This document shows, piece after piece, positions 26,070 to 37,104 of a DNA stretch of 64,000 nt. Numbering within the stretch: position 1 is the stretch's first letter; each line of letters opens with the position of its first letter. Both the position numbers and the translations under genes were made by a program. Origin of the DNA: a virus; the IMG/VR virus record IMGVR_UViG_3300044701_004608, positions 47,783-111,782 of that record; one strand, written 5' to 3'. The notes below the pieces were generated by a model, which saw only the letters and a program-made list of their open reading frames with translations, searched no databases and was not told where the DNA came from.

Positions 26070-27188
26070 TTAAGGGTTCTTAGCGAAGTTGGCCGCCGAG
26101 AAGCCAGCGCGATTGACTAGTTTCACCAGCCCTTCCGGGGTGCTGAAAACATACCCCTCCCCACCCGCGGCATCACCTATAGAAGCTTTTATGCTAGATT
26201 GCTGGCTATCTAACTGCTGTATATAACTGAGCTTGACTTGTGTTATAGCATCAAATAGCGCGAATGCGGCATTCACCCCTGTTCCGTTCTGGAACAGATA
26301 ACCGTCTTGATTTTCGCCCAACAGAGTCTTTAATTTACCAGCAGATGTACCCGATGTTCCGAGCCAATCAGCGAAATTACGCTGTTCTCCCTTGACCCTA
26401 GCATTGACATATCGTTGCATCAGTGCCGGTAAGTCAGTGATACGATTCTGTCTTAATGTGATAGGATCCAACAATGTAGCGATATCATTGCCGCGCTGAT
26501 TGAGTATACGTTTAGCGGCGTCGATCAACCGCACCGGTTTCTTGAGAGCAGGTGTGTCGGGCAATTCTGGGGACATGATGACCGCTGGACCGCTTGCGCC
26601 TAAGTCACCTAGATTACCGTTCAATGGCTGAGCCGGGACATCAAAGTCTTCGAACCATTGATGTACCACTATACCTACGACGCTATTGGCTATGCGTTTG
26701 CCCAATGCGCTGTCGGCTGCTACACGATATGTCACGGTGTTAGGCTTGAAGACGAATTCGCCGCGGATAGGAGAAAGTCGTCCTGTCCACAGCAGATCAC
26801 CCCAATAATATCCCTTTGATGTTTTAGGGACGGTTTGCTCCAGAGCAGGCCAGATGACTGATAACTTTTCGTACAGGTCACCGCGATTGACTCCGCGATT
26901 CGCGTCATACTGTAAGAACGCTTCGGGGCTCGTGATGTTACGACCCGACCCGTCTTTTTTAAGGAACATGTGTTTGTCCACGATCACTAACTGTCCATCG
27001 TGGTTGCGACCGAAGATCAAAGCAGGATATCCGTCCCACTTTACTGTGATATTCTTTTCGTTATCGGGTATAGATTCTAAAGCAGACAATGCTGACGCGG
27101 CACCATTTACTCCATCAGAAAACAACAGATCCTCTGGGTGGGCTATACGGATGCCTTCCGTCAGCGTGGAAATAAATTCTAACAACAT
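26070..27188 (-). CDS. DUF6267-like conserved phage protein
   Basis: HPED, TVKWDGYPA, GDLL, FKPNT, GEGYV..KLVNR..FSAANF. Confidence 0.7.
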   Translation of the reverse strand: MLLEFISTLTEGIRIAHPEDLLFSDGVNGAASALSALESIPDNEKNITVKWDGYPALIFGRNHDGQLVIVDKHMFLKKDGSGRNITSPEAFLQYDANRGVNRGDLYEKLSVIWPALEQTVPKTSKGYYWGDLLWTGRLSPIRGEFVFKPNTVTYRVAADSALGKRIANSVVGIVVHQWFEDFDVPAQPLNGNLGDLGASGPAVIMSPELPDTPALKKPVRLIDAAKRILNQRGNDIATLLDPITLRQNRITDLPALMQRYVNARVKGEQRNFADWLGTSGTSAGKLKTLLGENQDGYLFQNGTGVNAAFALFDAITQVKLSYIQQLDSQQSSIKASIGDAAGGEGYVFSTPEGLVKLVNRAGFSAANFAKNP

Positions 27189-28084
27189 CACCACTTGCGG
27201 CAGCTCCAATAACGTGCTTTGGTGCGTGGCCCGGGGTTGGCGCAGTTGTGTCTTGCGCGGAAACTCTTGCGGGCCTTGGGATTGCTTTTACGGATCTTCA
27301 TGTCGGGGTCACCAAAGTTGACTTTTTTGACATTGCCGGTCTTGGGATCTTTGACATAGACCTTGAACTTCTTGACGTCACCACGCATGGGTTTACCCAG
27401 CGGGACTTTGCGACCTTGGTATTCGGCTTCTTCTAATGTCTCTTCTACTTCACCGTAGGCTTCGTAGAAAGAATCACCTTCGTATGTTTCTTCGAGGCTC
27501 TCGGGAACACAGTTAGGCACAGTGCGACCGTCTTTTTTCTTAGTACCTACTGGATGATACCCTTTCCAGCAGGGATTATCTGTGCGCAGGCTTTCCCGGG
27601 CTGGCTGATATCCTCCTAGTCCCATTGGGTCTCCGGCGTTTTTGCCGGCTGATGCGAGGCCGGCTGCGATTCCTTTGGCAGCTCCGCCCAAGGCCTGCCC
27701 CACAGCACTTTTGGTCACTGTGTCATAAGCTGTAACCGCTTTTTGCGCGACGGTTTTAACACCTTGACGGAATTTAAATTTTGAAGCGAGTTTGGCCGCT
27801 ATATCCTTAGAAGCTATACGACCTTGTCCGCCACGCTGGCCAGGTTTTTGCACCCATTGTTGACCTTGGAATTGATACCATAACCCATCTGGCCCCCATA
27901 CTTCAGTGCCAACTGGGATCGTTCCTGGAGCCGCAGGTTGCTGAGGCTGTGCGGGTTGTGCTGGGGGTGTCGCTTGCGTGGCGGCCTGTTGTCGTTGTTG
28001 TATAGCTTGTCTACGTTGCTTCAGGGCGGCTACTTGTGCTGGTACCTCTCCTCGAGCCTCTCGCATGATCTCATCGATTTTCAT
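27188..28084 (-). CDS. Modular internal head-type protein (DUF6321-like C-terminus)
   Basis: CWKGY..GTKKK..VPNCV module and AEYQGRKV...RKSFRARHNC..ARYWSC module. Confidence 0.7.
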   Translation of the reverse strand: MKIDEIMREARGEVPAQVAALKQRRQAIQQRQQAATQATPPAQPAQPQQPAAPGTIPVGTEVWGPDGLWYQFQGQQWVQKPGQRGGQGRIASKDIAAKLASKFKFRQGVKTVAQKAVTAYDTVTKSAVGQALGGAAKGIAAGLASAGKNAGDPMGLGGYQPARESLRTDNPCWKGYHPVGTKKKDGRTVPNCVPESLEETYEGDSFYEAYGEVEETLEEAEYQGRKVPLGKPMRGDVKKFKVYVKDPKTGNVKKVNFGDPDMKIRKSNPKARKSFRARHNCANPGPRTKARYWSCRKW

Positions 28085-28325
28085 TTTTAGTCCTTTTAAT
28101 ACCGCGGGAGAACTTAGAGGAATTTTGGGATTTGATGCTGTTTAGCAAGCGGCGTTCAAGATCGCCGGCTGTTTCTTCATCAAAACTTTCTCGTATGTAG
28201 TTGATCAGATTAATAGCGCCTTGTATGACATGAACGGCGCGACTTTCGACGATAGCAGATCTGTCGCGGCGAGTGGATGCAAAGGAATCCAATTCATCTA
28301 GGATACTGCGTGTATTTTTCTGCAA
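28071..28325 (-). CDS. Hypothetical protein
   Basis: TRSILDEL..ERRLLNSIK. Confidence 0.65.
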   Translation of the reverse strand: MQKNTRSILDELDSFASTRRDRSAIVESRAVHVIQGAINLINYIRESFDEETAGDLERRLLNSIKSQNSSKFSRGIKRTKNENR

Positions 28326-28367
28326 GATCTAATCTCCGTGGCAATCGTAGTGTTTTATATTTATGGC

Positions 28368-29372
28368 TTAACAGCCACAAACATCATCACAGATCAACAG
28401 GCGCCCGTCCACGTGTTTTTCTATGTTCCAGGATTGTTTAACAGCAGAAAACCATTGTATGCAGTGCTCCAAAGGATATTCTAGGGCATTATTTTCCCGT
28501 ATCAACGGGGCGATCTGATCGTTAGTGATCTGTCCATAGTTGTTATGACCATAGGTCTTTGGATACATGCCTGTGAAACAGCAAGGAAAAACATCGCCGG
28601 TAGCAGAAACATAGATAGATCGTTTTTCTATAGTTTCACATGTATGCCCGGTTATGTTGGACTTACGTGGATGATAATTTTTGATATCTTGGCGTTCCGA
28701 GCGATAGTCATAAAATACCACCTGGAAATCAGTTGATCCTCGGTAATCTCCTAACACATGAGTGAGATTACCATTTTTGTCAAATACCGGCCCAGTGTCT
28801 CTACCATGGTCAACGAGTTCAAACCAACTGAACCCCATTTCTTGAGAAAGTCTGCGGCAGGCATCAATCTGATGTTCGTTATGCCGGAATTTTATCATCT
28901 TCCAAGTGGCATTGCCACCAGCATCAATGAATGTCTGTGCGTTCTTGATCACTGTGCTCCAAGATGTATTTTGTCGATAAAGATGATGTGTGTCTTCGAG
29001 ACCGTCTAAGCAAAAGAGTACTGTAGAATTGGTCTCGGCTAATGCCTTCCAAAATTCTCGATTGCGAGCACCGCCATTAGTGCTGATCACTATTTTTAAA
29101 TTGGGTGCCTGTTGTTTGAAATAACGCACGATGTCTAAAGTTTCGGGATTCATGACCATATCGCCGAAGTTGCCATTGATCAATATGCGATTCAGCCTGG
29201 ACAGGAATTCTTGTGGGAAGATCCGCTTGACCATTTCCAAGGTCATATTGACTTCAGGGTAGCCATCATTTTGTGGATAGCCATTAAAATTCCTAGGGCA
29301 TTGTGGGCAAGCGGCGTTGCATAAGGTGGAGATCTCTAGATGTACCTCACGTATGTCTTGATAGGCTATCAT
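28368..29372 (-). CDS. Radical SAM protein with SPASM/twitch domain
   Basis: CNAACPQC; C-terminal C..IYVSATGDVFPCC. Confidence 0.9.
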   Translation of the reverse strand: MIAYQDIREVHLEISTLCNAACPQCPRNFNGYPQNDGYPEVNMTLEMVKRIFPQEFLSRLNRILINGNFGDMVMNPETLDIVRYFKQQAPNLKIVISTNGGARNREFWKALAETNSTVLFCLDGLEDTHHLYRQNTSWSTVIKNAQTFIDAGGNATWKMIKFRHNEHQIDACRRLSQEMGFSWFELVDHGRDTGPVFDKNGNLTHVLGDYRGSTDFQVVFYDYRSERQDIKNYHPRKSNITGHTCETIEKRSIYVSATGDVFPCCFTGMYPKTYGHNNYGQITNDQIAPLIRENNALEYPLEHCIQWFSAVKQSWNIEKHVDGRLLICDDVCGC

Positions 29373-30766
29373 TCTGAACGAGATTTCAATGAAGCTAACA
29401 TGTTATGTAGTTTAGCCGATTGCACCGAGGCTGTGACCTTGGGCGTGTCTTCTGCAGGAGTATCAGTGAGGTTGCTCTTAGGCTTGATCTGCCCCAGTAT
29501 CGAAGACCCCATGCTTCGTGGTGCATCTTCGCCATCAGTCTGTTCCAAGGTGTCAGTGATGCGCATGGTCTCGATGTCATAGGCTAGATCGATCTTCTGC
29601 CCCACGCCGTTACTGGAACGAGTCTTCATAGCTTGGATCTGATAACGTCCACGCTCACGCATGGCACGGCTAGTGAAGATACCAAACACGTTGTCTGCTG
29701 TATTGATCTTAGAGATACCACCGGAGATGTGGCTGTGGTCAAACTCGATCTCTTCTACGGCACTACGGTTCAACTGCGAAGCTGTCACTAACAAGATGTT
29801 GAGTTCATCACTCAAGTTACGCAGTTCTTCTGAAACATACTTGTCTTTGACGAACAAGTCGTTAGGTGATACTTTAGCACTCACGGGCATCAGCAAGTCC
29901 AAGTAGTCCACCATCACGAAGTCTACCTTCATGCCAGTCTGGATCTGTACTTCTTTCAAATAAGCACGGATGTCATTGATGTTTGATTGTGCTGGCAAGG
30001 CTTTGATCTGATAGCGGCCTGACTTCTTGCCCACGAGGTTGACCTTCATAGTGGCCGTGTCGAGATCCTTCCGGATGTCTTTGGTGCCCATGGATGCCAG
30101 CATGGCCGTGGTGCGTAAGGTACATAGTTCTTCTGACAGCTCTAGACTGATGTAGACACCACTGAGTCCTTGTTGTAGCCAATTGAGTGCCATGTTCATC
30201 ATGACCAATGATTTGCCTGATCCCGAACCACCTGCGAAGATGTTCAACTGCCCACGGCTGAATCCACCATATAACACTTTGTCAAGGCTGGGCCAGCCTG
30301 TGCTGACTTGCCCGCCATTGTCGTAGTAACTCTCGATCGCACCACGGGCATCATGGAAATAGTTGGTACCCATGTCTTTGGTCAGGGAAATCTGTACAGC
30401 ATCCTTGACCAGTTTCTCTACGGGATCATACTCGCCTTTTTCGATCATGTCCGCGGCTTTGAGGATAGCCCGTTCCAGTTCCTGCCGTTTAGAGAAACCT
30501 TCGAACTCTTTCAAGAACCACTCGTTGTGTCCTTCGCCCACATCGGGCACTTCTCGTAACTCTACGCCACATGCGGCTTTGACTTGCTCTCTCGTAGGCA
30601 AGGTCTTGTGGTCAGTGGCATGCTCGCGGAAAAACTCGGCCGCGCTTCTCAGACTGCGATCAAAGTTTTCGGGGTTGTAGATGTTTTGCACACGGATGAA
30701 GTTCTGTGCGTCCTGGAGCATCATCTCCAGGAATAGTTTCTGTAGATCTGGGGAATAGTCTTTCAT
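29369..30766 (-). CDS. Replicative DnaB-like helicase (gp41-like)
   Basis: GGSGSGKS, ISLELSE, VDYLDL, TASQLNR. Confidence 0.93.
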   Translation of the reverse strand: MKDYSPDLQKLFLEMMLQDAQNFIRVQNIYNPENFDRSLRSAAEFFREHATDHKTLPTREQVKAACGVELREVPDVGEGHNEWFLKEFEGFSKRQELERAILKAADMIEKGEYDPVEKLVKDAVQISLTKDMGTNYFHDARGAIESYYDNGGQVSTGWPSLDKVLYGGFSRGQLNIFAGGSGSGKSLVMMNMALNWLQQGLSGVYISLELSEELCTLRTTAMLASMGTKDIRKDLDTATMKVNLVGKKSGRYQIKALPAQSNINDIRAYLKEVQIQTGMKVDFVMVDYLDLLMPVSAKVSPNDLFVKDKYVSEELRNLSDELNILLVTASQLNRSAVEEIEFDHSHISGGISKINTADNVFGIFTSRAMRERGRYQIQAMKTRSSNGVGQKIDLAYDIETMRITDTLEQTDGEDAPRSMGSSILGQIKPKSNLTDTPAEDTPKVTASVQSAKLHNMLASLKSRSE

Positions 30767-30769
30767 AGG

Positions 30770-31801
30770 TTAATTATATAGCCTCTTTTTGTGTAACTCG
30801 ATCTTTAATCGTCCGCGCACCCGTGCCGCCAATATGCTTTTGAGCACGAACAGTTGGCCCAACTCGGCCACTGCCTCTGATATGTCTTTGTAGTCTTTCT
30901 GCCATATGGGGTAACTCACGGTCCAACCATATTCGATGGCGGCATCTATGAGCGCAGAGCCCGCACGGTCCGCGTCGGGCACCACTATGACTTCGCGATC
31001 CAGGTCTTCGATGATCTCGGCTTGCCGCAATGATATCCTGTTACTTAAAACAGCCACGCCACCGATGGCTAAGGCATCAAAGGGTCCTTCTGACACGATG
31101 ACGAACTTGCTGTCGGCTCGCTGATGATCCACGCCATACACATAGTCGGGTTCGTAGTTCGAGTGATACTTGGGCTTGACATCGTCGTCGATGCCGCGAG
31201 CCGTGTAGCCTATGATCTCGCCCCGCCAAGTGAACGGGATTATGATGCGCCGATGTAGATTGTAAGCAGTCTCGGGTGTCCAGTAAAAGTCCTGCGAGGA
31301 CAAGTCCAGGCCTCGTTCAGCGGCATATATCACAGCGGCATGGAACTCACGGGGCACATCCCGGTCCGCGTTGAGCGTGTAGAAGTTGCTGAGTGCCTGG
31401 AATGTCTGTGCTTCCTCGGGCAAGCTCCGTTTTTTAAATGTGATCTCTTCGCGGGGCTCGTCGGGGATAGCTTCGGGATTGACCAAGTCCTTGATGCGTA
31501 GTGCTTCGATGCCTAGTCGCTGGATGGTGTTTTCGTCGGCGCCCAACCAACCCAGCAATCGTTTGAAACGGAAGTTGAGATTGCGGCCGGGAGTGTAGTT
31601 GGCCTTGTAGCCGCAGTTGAAGCAGTGATAGTTGATGGCGCCTGACTCGTTGATGATGTAGCCACCTCTGCCTCGACGGTCCGCGCTTTCGCCGTTGTGT
31701 GCGCAACAGGGTGCGTTGAAACTGGTCCAGCCCGAAGCCGAAGTCTTTTTTCGGGCAGGAGTCAGTGATTGGAAAGCGTCTCGGATCGCATCTAGCATCA
31801 C
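30770..31801 (-). CDS. DNA primase (gp61-like)
   Basis: Zn finger (CC..HCFNC); TOPRIM EGPFDA and PDAD. Confidence 0.9.
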   Translation of the reverse strand: MMLDAIRDAFQSLTPARKKTSASGWTSFNAPCCAHNGESADRRGRGGYIINESGAINYHCFNCGYKANYTPGRNLNFRFKRLLGWLGADENTIQRLGIEALRIKDLVNPEAIPDEPREEITFKKRSLPEEAQTFQALSNFYTLNADRDVPREFHAAVIYAAERGLDLSSQDFYWTPETAYNLHRRIIIPFTWRGEIIGYTARGIDDDVKPKYHSNYEPDYVYGVDHQRADSKFVIVSEGPFDALAIGGVAVLSNRISLRQAEIIEDLDREVIVVPDADRAGSALIDAAIEYGWTVSYPIWQKDYKDISEAVAELGQLFVLKSILAARVRGRLKIELHKKRLYN

Positions 31802-31843
31802 GCTAGTATACAGGATTTTTTGAAGAAATCAAAGAGATTTTGG

Positions 31844-33205
31844 TTATGCTAGACCGTAAATGGATTTGGTAGCATTGTAGTTCTGTGCCACTTGGCTGGC
31901 TGTGAGTGCGGCGTTGTACAATCTGGTGATGCCTATTCGACCGTTCATATATTGGCTATACTCACCGCCGTTATACGAGCCTATGTACAAGTTGGATGAT
32001 GTGTTGAGTATGTCGGAGAAACTGTGTGACTTACTACTTACACTGACTCCATCGATATAGGCTTCCAGTGAGTTGGTGGCCGCATTTGTCCAGACATAAG
32101 CTACATGCGTCCAAGTGTTCAGGGGCAATGTATAAAGAGCGGTGTCTACTACGGTGCTGCCGTTGCCTAGTTGAGCATAAATGCCGGCCCCTTGGATACG
32201 GATACTGTATGACACATCTTGTGAAGCACCACCGGGATCAAACTTGCCCAATACCACTTTACTGCCGGTACCGCTGCTCAAATATACCCAGGCTTCCATA
32301 GTCCAGTCACCCGACCCAGGTTCCAATGCAGCCGCATCAGCGATGGTGATCTGGCTGCTGGTGCCGTTGTAGGCGAAGTAAGGATCGGTGTAGGTGATGT
32401 TGCTCATGGTGCCATTCAGGGAGGAACTGGCCAAGTTAGAGATGGCAGTGCCTGTGCCGGGATAACTCACTGGATCGCTGGGATCATACCACAAGACCAG
32501 ATTAGAGGTCACGATCTCAGACTCAACGAATCTATCACGCAGGGCATAGTAGTTCTGCTGTATCTGTTCCTGTGTGAGTTTCGTGGTATACAGGAATGTA
32601 TTGGCGACGTAGCCAAATGGTTGACCATTGCTGACGCTACCTATATACCAATGGCTATTACCTGCGGCTGAGGCCGTGGTAGAACCCACCAGCACACCAT
32701 TGATGTAGAACTGCTGTCCTAAACCGTCGCCGACCACAGCCCATTGTGCCCATACACCAGCGAGATCACTGACATCATAGTTGGCAGTAACGAAACTAAG
32801 TCCATCATTGTCCCACATACCTAAATCGTCGGTGTTTATGTTGGTCAACAATGGGTGATCATTGGGACTGGTGCGGAATAGTGTACGGAAGGTCGAGTCG
32901 ATGGTATTCATCCGTGCCCAGGCGATATATGTGAAGCCTGTGGTGGGCAGCACTGGTCCTATGACATTGGCCGTGATTTGTCCTGTGGTCGTACAATCAA
33001 AACATTTCACACCATCCAGTACTGTATAGATACCAGCACTTGATAGATTCTGTGTCCGGCCATTGCCCGATAGATCAAAAACACTTGTGCCGGTACCGGA
33101 ATAACTGGCTGCATCGTTGGCATCGATCCAGATAGCGAGATTGTCTGTGACAATGCTGGCATCTACTACACGCACACCCTGTAATCTCACACCCGATATG
33201 ATCAT
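31844..33205 (-). CDS. Tandem LamG/concanavalin-like domain protein
   Basis: Two LxxxxDxxxxxSY.GTGT...QNY LamG domains. Confidence 0.85.
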   Translation of the reverse strand: MIISGVRLQGVRVVDASIVTDNLAIWIDANDAASYSGTGTSVFDLSGNGRTQNLSSAGIYTVLDGVKCFDCTTTGQITANVIGPVLPTTGFTYIAWARMNTIDSTFRTLFRTSPNDHPLLTNINTDDLGMWDNDGLSFVTANYDVSDLAGVWAQWAVVGDGLGQQFYINGVLVGSTTASAAGNSHWYIGSVSNGQPFGYVANTFLYTTKLTQEQIQQNYYALRDRFVESEIVTSNLVLWYDPSDPVSYPGTGTAISNLASSSLNGTMSNITYTDPYFAYNGTSSQITIADAAALEPGSGDWTMEAWVYLSSGTGSKVVLGKFDPGGASQDVSYSIRIQGAGIYAQLGNGSTVVDTALYTLPLNTWTHVAYVWTNAATNSLEAYIDGVSVSSKSHSFSDILNTSSNLYIGSYNGGEYSQYMNGRIGITRLYNAALTASQVAQNYNATKSIYGLA

Positions 33206-34959
33206 TAGTACAATCTTTCGATGCTGATGAAGTTGTTGAGATAGGCAGGACCTATCATCAGTGTCACACGATACATCCTGTTGTTGGTTTTGTCATAGAT
33301 GGTGTATTGTGCGGTATTGGCTTCGGCCACAAAGTTCCAATCAAACAGAGAAACGGACGGTGTGGTAGTGACTTCCAAGTTGTTGACTGAACTGCCACCT
33401 GTTCCGCCCGACCCGCCGTACCAGGCACCTATGTTAGCGAAGAATGATCCGGATACTGCGGCCACGCTCAATCCACGATTGCCGGTCGTTGGCACAGTGA
33501 CTTTGAGATTGTCCAGAGTTACGAATGTGCCAGCATCAACTACACCACTGGCTTTCCACAGTAGTTCGCCGCCCACGCCAGCAGGTGCCTTGGCTAAATC
33601 TACATAAACACCTCTAGCATCGCCGCCCTGGAATATTCTTACTTGATCTCGATATACATCAACAGTTACCATTCCACTAAGTGTAGTATTGGCCGCTGGT
33701 AAAGAAAGGTTTATCTCACCACCTTCGTCACCCACAGAGTTGGTCGAAACCAATACCGGTGCTGAGAACGATCCAGTGTCGTCCATGGTCGCTGTATAAC
33801 TACCGGCCACCAGTTCTACATTGGCCGATGTGCCGACCACATCTCCGGTGATGGTGATGTTGCCTTCGAAGTTGCTGGCTGTGACTGTGCCCGATACTGT
33901 GAGATTGCCAGTGACAGTATTGGTTATGTATCCGGCATCGTTGGTGAGTTCGCTGATGTTTGTTGGGACATCGGCTGGTGTGTATTCTACAGCGATCGCG
34001 CTGCCTACGGTGCTTACTGAAAGGGCTCCGTTACCGCTGGGCAAGTTCGTGATTTGGCTTACGCTGGTCGTGCCGGTCCAAGCAGTGGTTTGTACTGTGC
34101 TGTCTGGGAATGTCACGGTGCCATCGACACCAAATGTCCAGACATTATTGCTGCCTTCCATACCACTGTCTGTGGTGAGATTTATACCTAACCCGATTGG
34201 AGCATCGATCCTAAACACTGGCGTACCTGCTCCACCTTCGTCGCCGATGAAACTTCCATCTTTGAAGTTGATGTAGTTTGGAACGGTCAGGTCGCCATTC
34301 GTGTCAAATGTCCATTCCTTGCCGGCATTGGTACTATCGGTGCGCAGGTTGATGTCGCCGATCGCTGCCAGTTGAGCCCTATTGCTGTTATCGGTATCAT
34401 ACAATACTAATCCAGCATTGTCGTCTACAGGATGTAATGCGCCCTTGACAGGTAGATAGATCGCGCCATCTGTGCCAAGCGTCCATTGATTGTCGTTGGC
34501 TTTGAGGTACAAGGGAGGATTCAAACCTGCGCCAACACTGAAGTGACTGATTTCGCCGCCCAGGAACAGTTGGGCATTGCTTTCGTCTTGTGTGCCACCA
34601 GCACGGATGTGTATGTGGTTGGGTAATGTAGGATCTACTATCAGATACTGATCGTTGCCGTAACTGCCACCGTTGTAATGTAAGGTGATGTCGGGTATGA
34701 GTTTGATGGTGTCAAGACCATAACCATCGCCACTGTCGGCGTTCGATCCGTAAAAGATACCAGGACTCAGGACTTTGCTTTTTAAGTGGACTCTCTTGCC
34801 GTCGAATATCAAGAGTTCTAAGCGATCAGCGTCGATGTTTTGATTATAATCGCCCGCGAACAAGCCAATCTCACCATATGGGCGTATTTCATCCTGATCA
34901 TCGTTATTGGCACTGTTGCCTTCGACTTGACTTACATTGATTCTGCGTATTCTTGCCAT
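33205..34959 (-). CDS. Tail-fibre-like protein
   Basis: Repeated W.F..DG.L..P and TFPDSTVQTTAW fibre motifs. Confidence 0.7.
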   Translation of the reverse strand: MARIRRINVSQVEGNSANNDDQDEIRPYGEIGLFAGDYNQNIDADRLELLIFDGKRVHLKSKVLSPGIFYGSNADSGDGYGLDTIKLIPDITLHYNGGSYGNDQYLIVDPTLPNHIHIRAGGTQDESNAQLFLGGEISHFSVGAGLNPPLYLKANDNQWTLGTDGAIYLPVKGALHPVDDNAGLVLYDTDNSNRAQLAAIGDINLRTDSTNAGKEWTFDTNGDLTVPNYINFKDGSFIGDEGGAGTPVFRIDAPIGLGINLTTDSGMEGSNNVWTFGVDGTVTFPDSTVQTTAWTGTTSVSQITNLPSGNGALSVSTVGSAIAVEYTPADVPTNISELTNDAGYITNTVTGNLTVSGTVTASNFEGNITITGDVVGTSANVELVAGSYTATMDDTGSFSAPVLVSTNSVGDEGGEINLSLPAANTTLSGMVTVDVYRDQVRIFQGGDARGVYVDLAKAPAGVGGELLWKASGVVDAGTFVTLDNLKVTVPTTGNRGLSVAAVSGSFFANIGAWYGGSGGTGGSSVNNLEVTTTPSVSLFDWNFVAEANTAQYTIYDKTNNRMYRVTLMIGPAYLNNFISIERLY

Positions 34960-34974
34960 TTTGTTAGGTCCGTG

Positions 34975-37104
34975 TTAATCGTAGTATTCTTCGCCATAGA
35001 AGACCTTGGCGGTCCAATGGATCTTGAGTGTTTTGGCTTCGCCGTCGATCCTGCGATAACTGATGGTTCCTTCGTTCTGTACCAACCACAGGTCATCGTT
35101 TTCGCTGTCGGTGCTGCCACTGGAGACTTCGGTGTGTGCGATATTTTCATCGCCGCTGTCGTCGACTATGTGTATGGTACCGATCCAAGTGGCCTCGCCT
35201 GTGTAAGCGTGGTAGTCGATGACTGCTCCGCGGAAGTTCGCTCCGCCACTGGGAAGATCGTTCCGATCCCACCACACCTGAGGAGTTCCGCCGGTTTCGT
35301 ACTTGAAGTAGACGGTGTCACCTTGATTGTAGGCGAAAGGGCCTCCGGTTACACTGATGTTCATCTCAACACCGTTGTTGCCGTAGCCACCGTAGGTGTG
35401 CCAGTTCAAGTTGTCTAGGCTGAATTGTATAGTCGAAGTATCAGTGATGCCAAACGAAGCAGGATCGTTGAGTATCTCATCGATGTTGGTGTCAGCATTG
35501 ACTATCCAGATGCTATAATCGCCTGTGACGGTCCTGCCTGCTGTGGTAGTGAGGTAGTTCGTGATCACTGAAGTCACGCTCACGGTGCTTTCACCTGACA
35601 CTTCTTCGATCCTGCGGCCGGCCGACGCTGTGGATTTGACTCGACCAATACCATCGGCTGATGTCAACACCGTGCCGTCAGGAAATGTGATGCCTTGTTG
35701 CAGTTGGGTGATATCTAGTTCGCGGCGTGTGTAACTGAAACCGCCGCCGGCGTTATTTTGTGTCCAACTCAACCATTCTATGGCATAGTATTTGCCCGTA
35801 TCAGGCACATACATCACTGCGCGGGATCCTGGAACCACGTTTCCTAGGTTGCCGCCATAGGCCGCATAGAAATTGGTGTAGACTCTAGTTTCAACATCGC
35901 TCAGATCATCCCAACCACCTGTATTCCACTGAGTACCACCGGGACTGGTAGCACTATTCCACGATCCTTCTCGATATGGGTTGTAGATGCCTTGGTTGTT
36001 GCCACGAGTGATGGCAACACCAGAACCCGCACCGTCGTCAGGAACGATGACATCAACTTGACTGCCGTAGTCGGTTTTCACAAAGTAGTTGGGATCTGTG
36101 ACCTGTGTCCTGGTATAGGCAAAGCTGCCACCGTTGTTCTGCCCCCAGTCTGAGAATTCAAACTTGTAGTATTTGTCATTGAGGGTGTCGTGCATGATCA
36201 ACTGGGCACCAATGATGTTGTTGCCAATCGCACCACCAAGAGCAGATCTCAGAGTGGTGTAACTTCTGGTGCCTAATCCCAATAGATCGCCCCAGCCATC
36301 ACTGTTCCACTCGGTGCCTGCAGGACTGGTGTGATTAGTATTGTCGTAACCAACCTCAGAGTCCATGTTGTAAAGTGCATATTGACTGCCTCGAGCCAAT
36401 GTCAAACCTTCGTCGATGGCGTCGGTTTCTGTGCCGCTTGCTGTGCGGACAAACTCGACTGGTGTGCCTAGCACCGCCGGGGCAGTAATGAATGGATAAT
36501 TGGTCAGTTCTAGATAACCGACTTCGTTGCTACTAGCAACAGCCTCGTCCACGTAAGCCTCGGTAGCTAGACCAGTTAAGTCTGGGGAAGGGATAGCAGC
36601 GATGGCCGAATCAACATAACTAATATCTGCTTTGAGTGCCAGCAACGATGCCGTGGCACTGTCTAAGTCTCCGATTGATGTGTCAACATAGGCTTCGGTG
36701 GCCAGCCCAGTGGGATCAAATGCCGCGGGCTTATCTGTCAAGTCATCGTAACTGCCCGATGTGGCTACAGTAGCAAGGTCTGCGGAGTTGGCTTTGTTGG
36801 CCAGCGTGGTCAGGATATCTGTGATGGAATCGGAGTTTTCTCCGAAAGCATCTGCTAGTTCTTTGAGTGTGTCTAGGGCTTCGGGAGCACCATTGAGCAG
36901 ATCAGCTATGGCCTGTTCGATCAGTACTTGTGTAGTTGTAGCAGTGACCGCAACGATCTCGCCGCCGGGTGTTTCTCCGTCGTGTATGCGCAGGCAGTTT
37001 AAATCCGTATCAATGGTGACTTCGCCCAGGAGTCCAGTGTAGGCTTCGCTCTGGGCCGTGTTGCCGCGCTTCAGTAATACTTTCTTAATCTCAATGGTAT
37101 TCAT
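34975..37104 (-). CDS. Tail-fibre protein with tandem duplicated domain
   Basis: LKRGNT..GEVTIDTD..RIHDG.TPGG N-terminus; GAPEALDTLKEL; ATEAYVD repeats. Confidence 0.8.
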   Translation of the reverse strand: MNTIEIKKVLLKRGNTAQSEAYTGLLGEVTIDTDLNCLRIHDGETPGGEIVAVTATTTQVLIEQAIADLLNGAPEALDTLKELADAFGENSDSITDILTTLANKANSADLATVATSGSYDDLTDKPAAFDPTGLATEAYVDTSIGDLDSATASLLALKADISYVDSAIAAIPSPDLTGLATEAYVDEAVASSNEVGYLELTNYPFITAPAVLGTPVEFVRTASGTETDAIDEGLTLARGSQYALYNMDSEVGYDNTNHTSPAGTEWNSDGWGDLLGLGTRSYTTLRSALGGAIGNNIIGAQLIMHDTLNDKYYKFEFSDWGQNNGGSFAYTRTQVTDPNYFVKTDYGSQVDVIVPDDGAGSGVAITRGNNQGIYNPYREGSWNSATSPGGTQWNTGGWDDLSDVETRVYTNFYAAYGGNLGNVVPGSRAVMYVPDTGKYYAIEWLSWTQNNAGGGFSYTRRELDITQLQQGITFPDGTVLTSADGIGRVKSTASAGRRIEEVSGESTVSVTSVITNYLTTTAGRTVTGDYSIWIVNADTNIDEILNDPASFGITDTSTIQFSLDNLNWHTYGGYGNNGVEMNISVTGGPFAYNQGDTVYFKYETGGTPQVWWDRNDLPSGGANFRGAVIDYHAYTGEATWIGTIHIVDDSGDENIAHTEVSSGSTDSENDDLWLVQNEGTISYRRIDGEAKTLKIHWTAKVFYGEEYYD

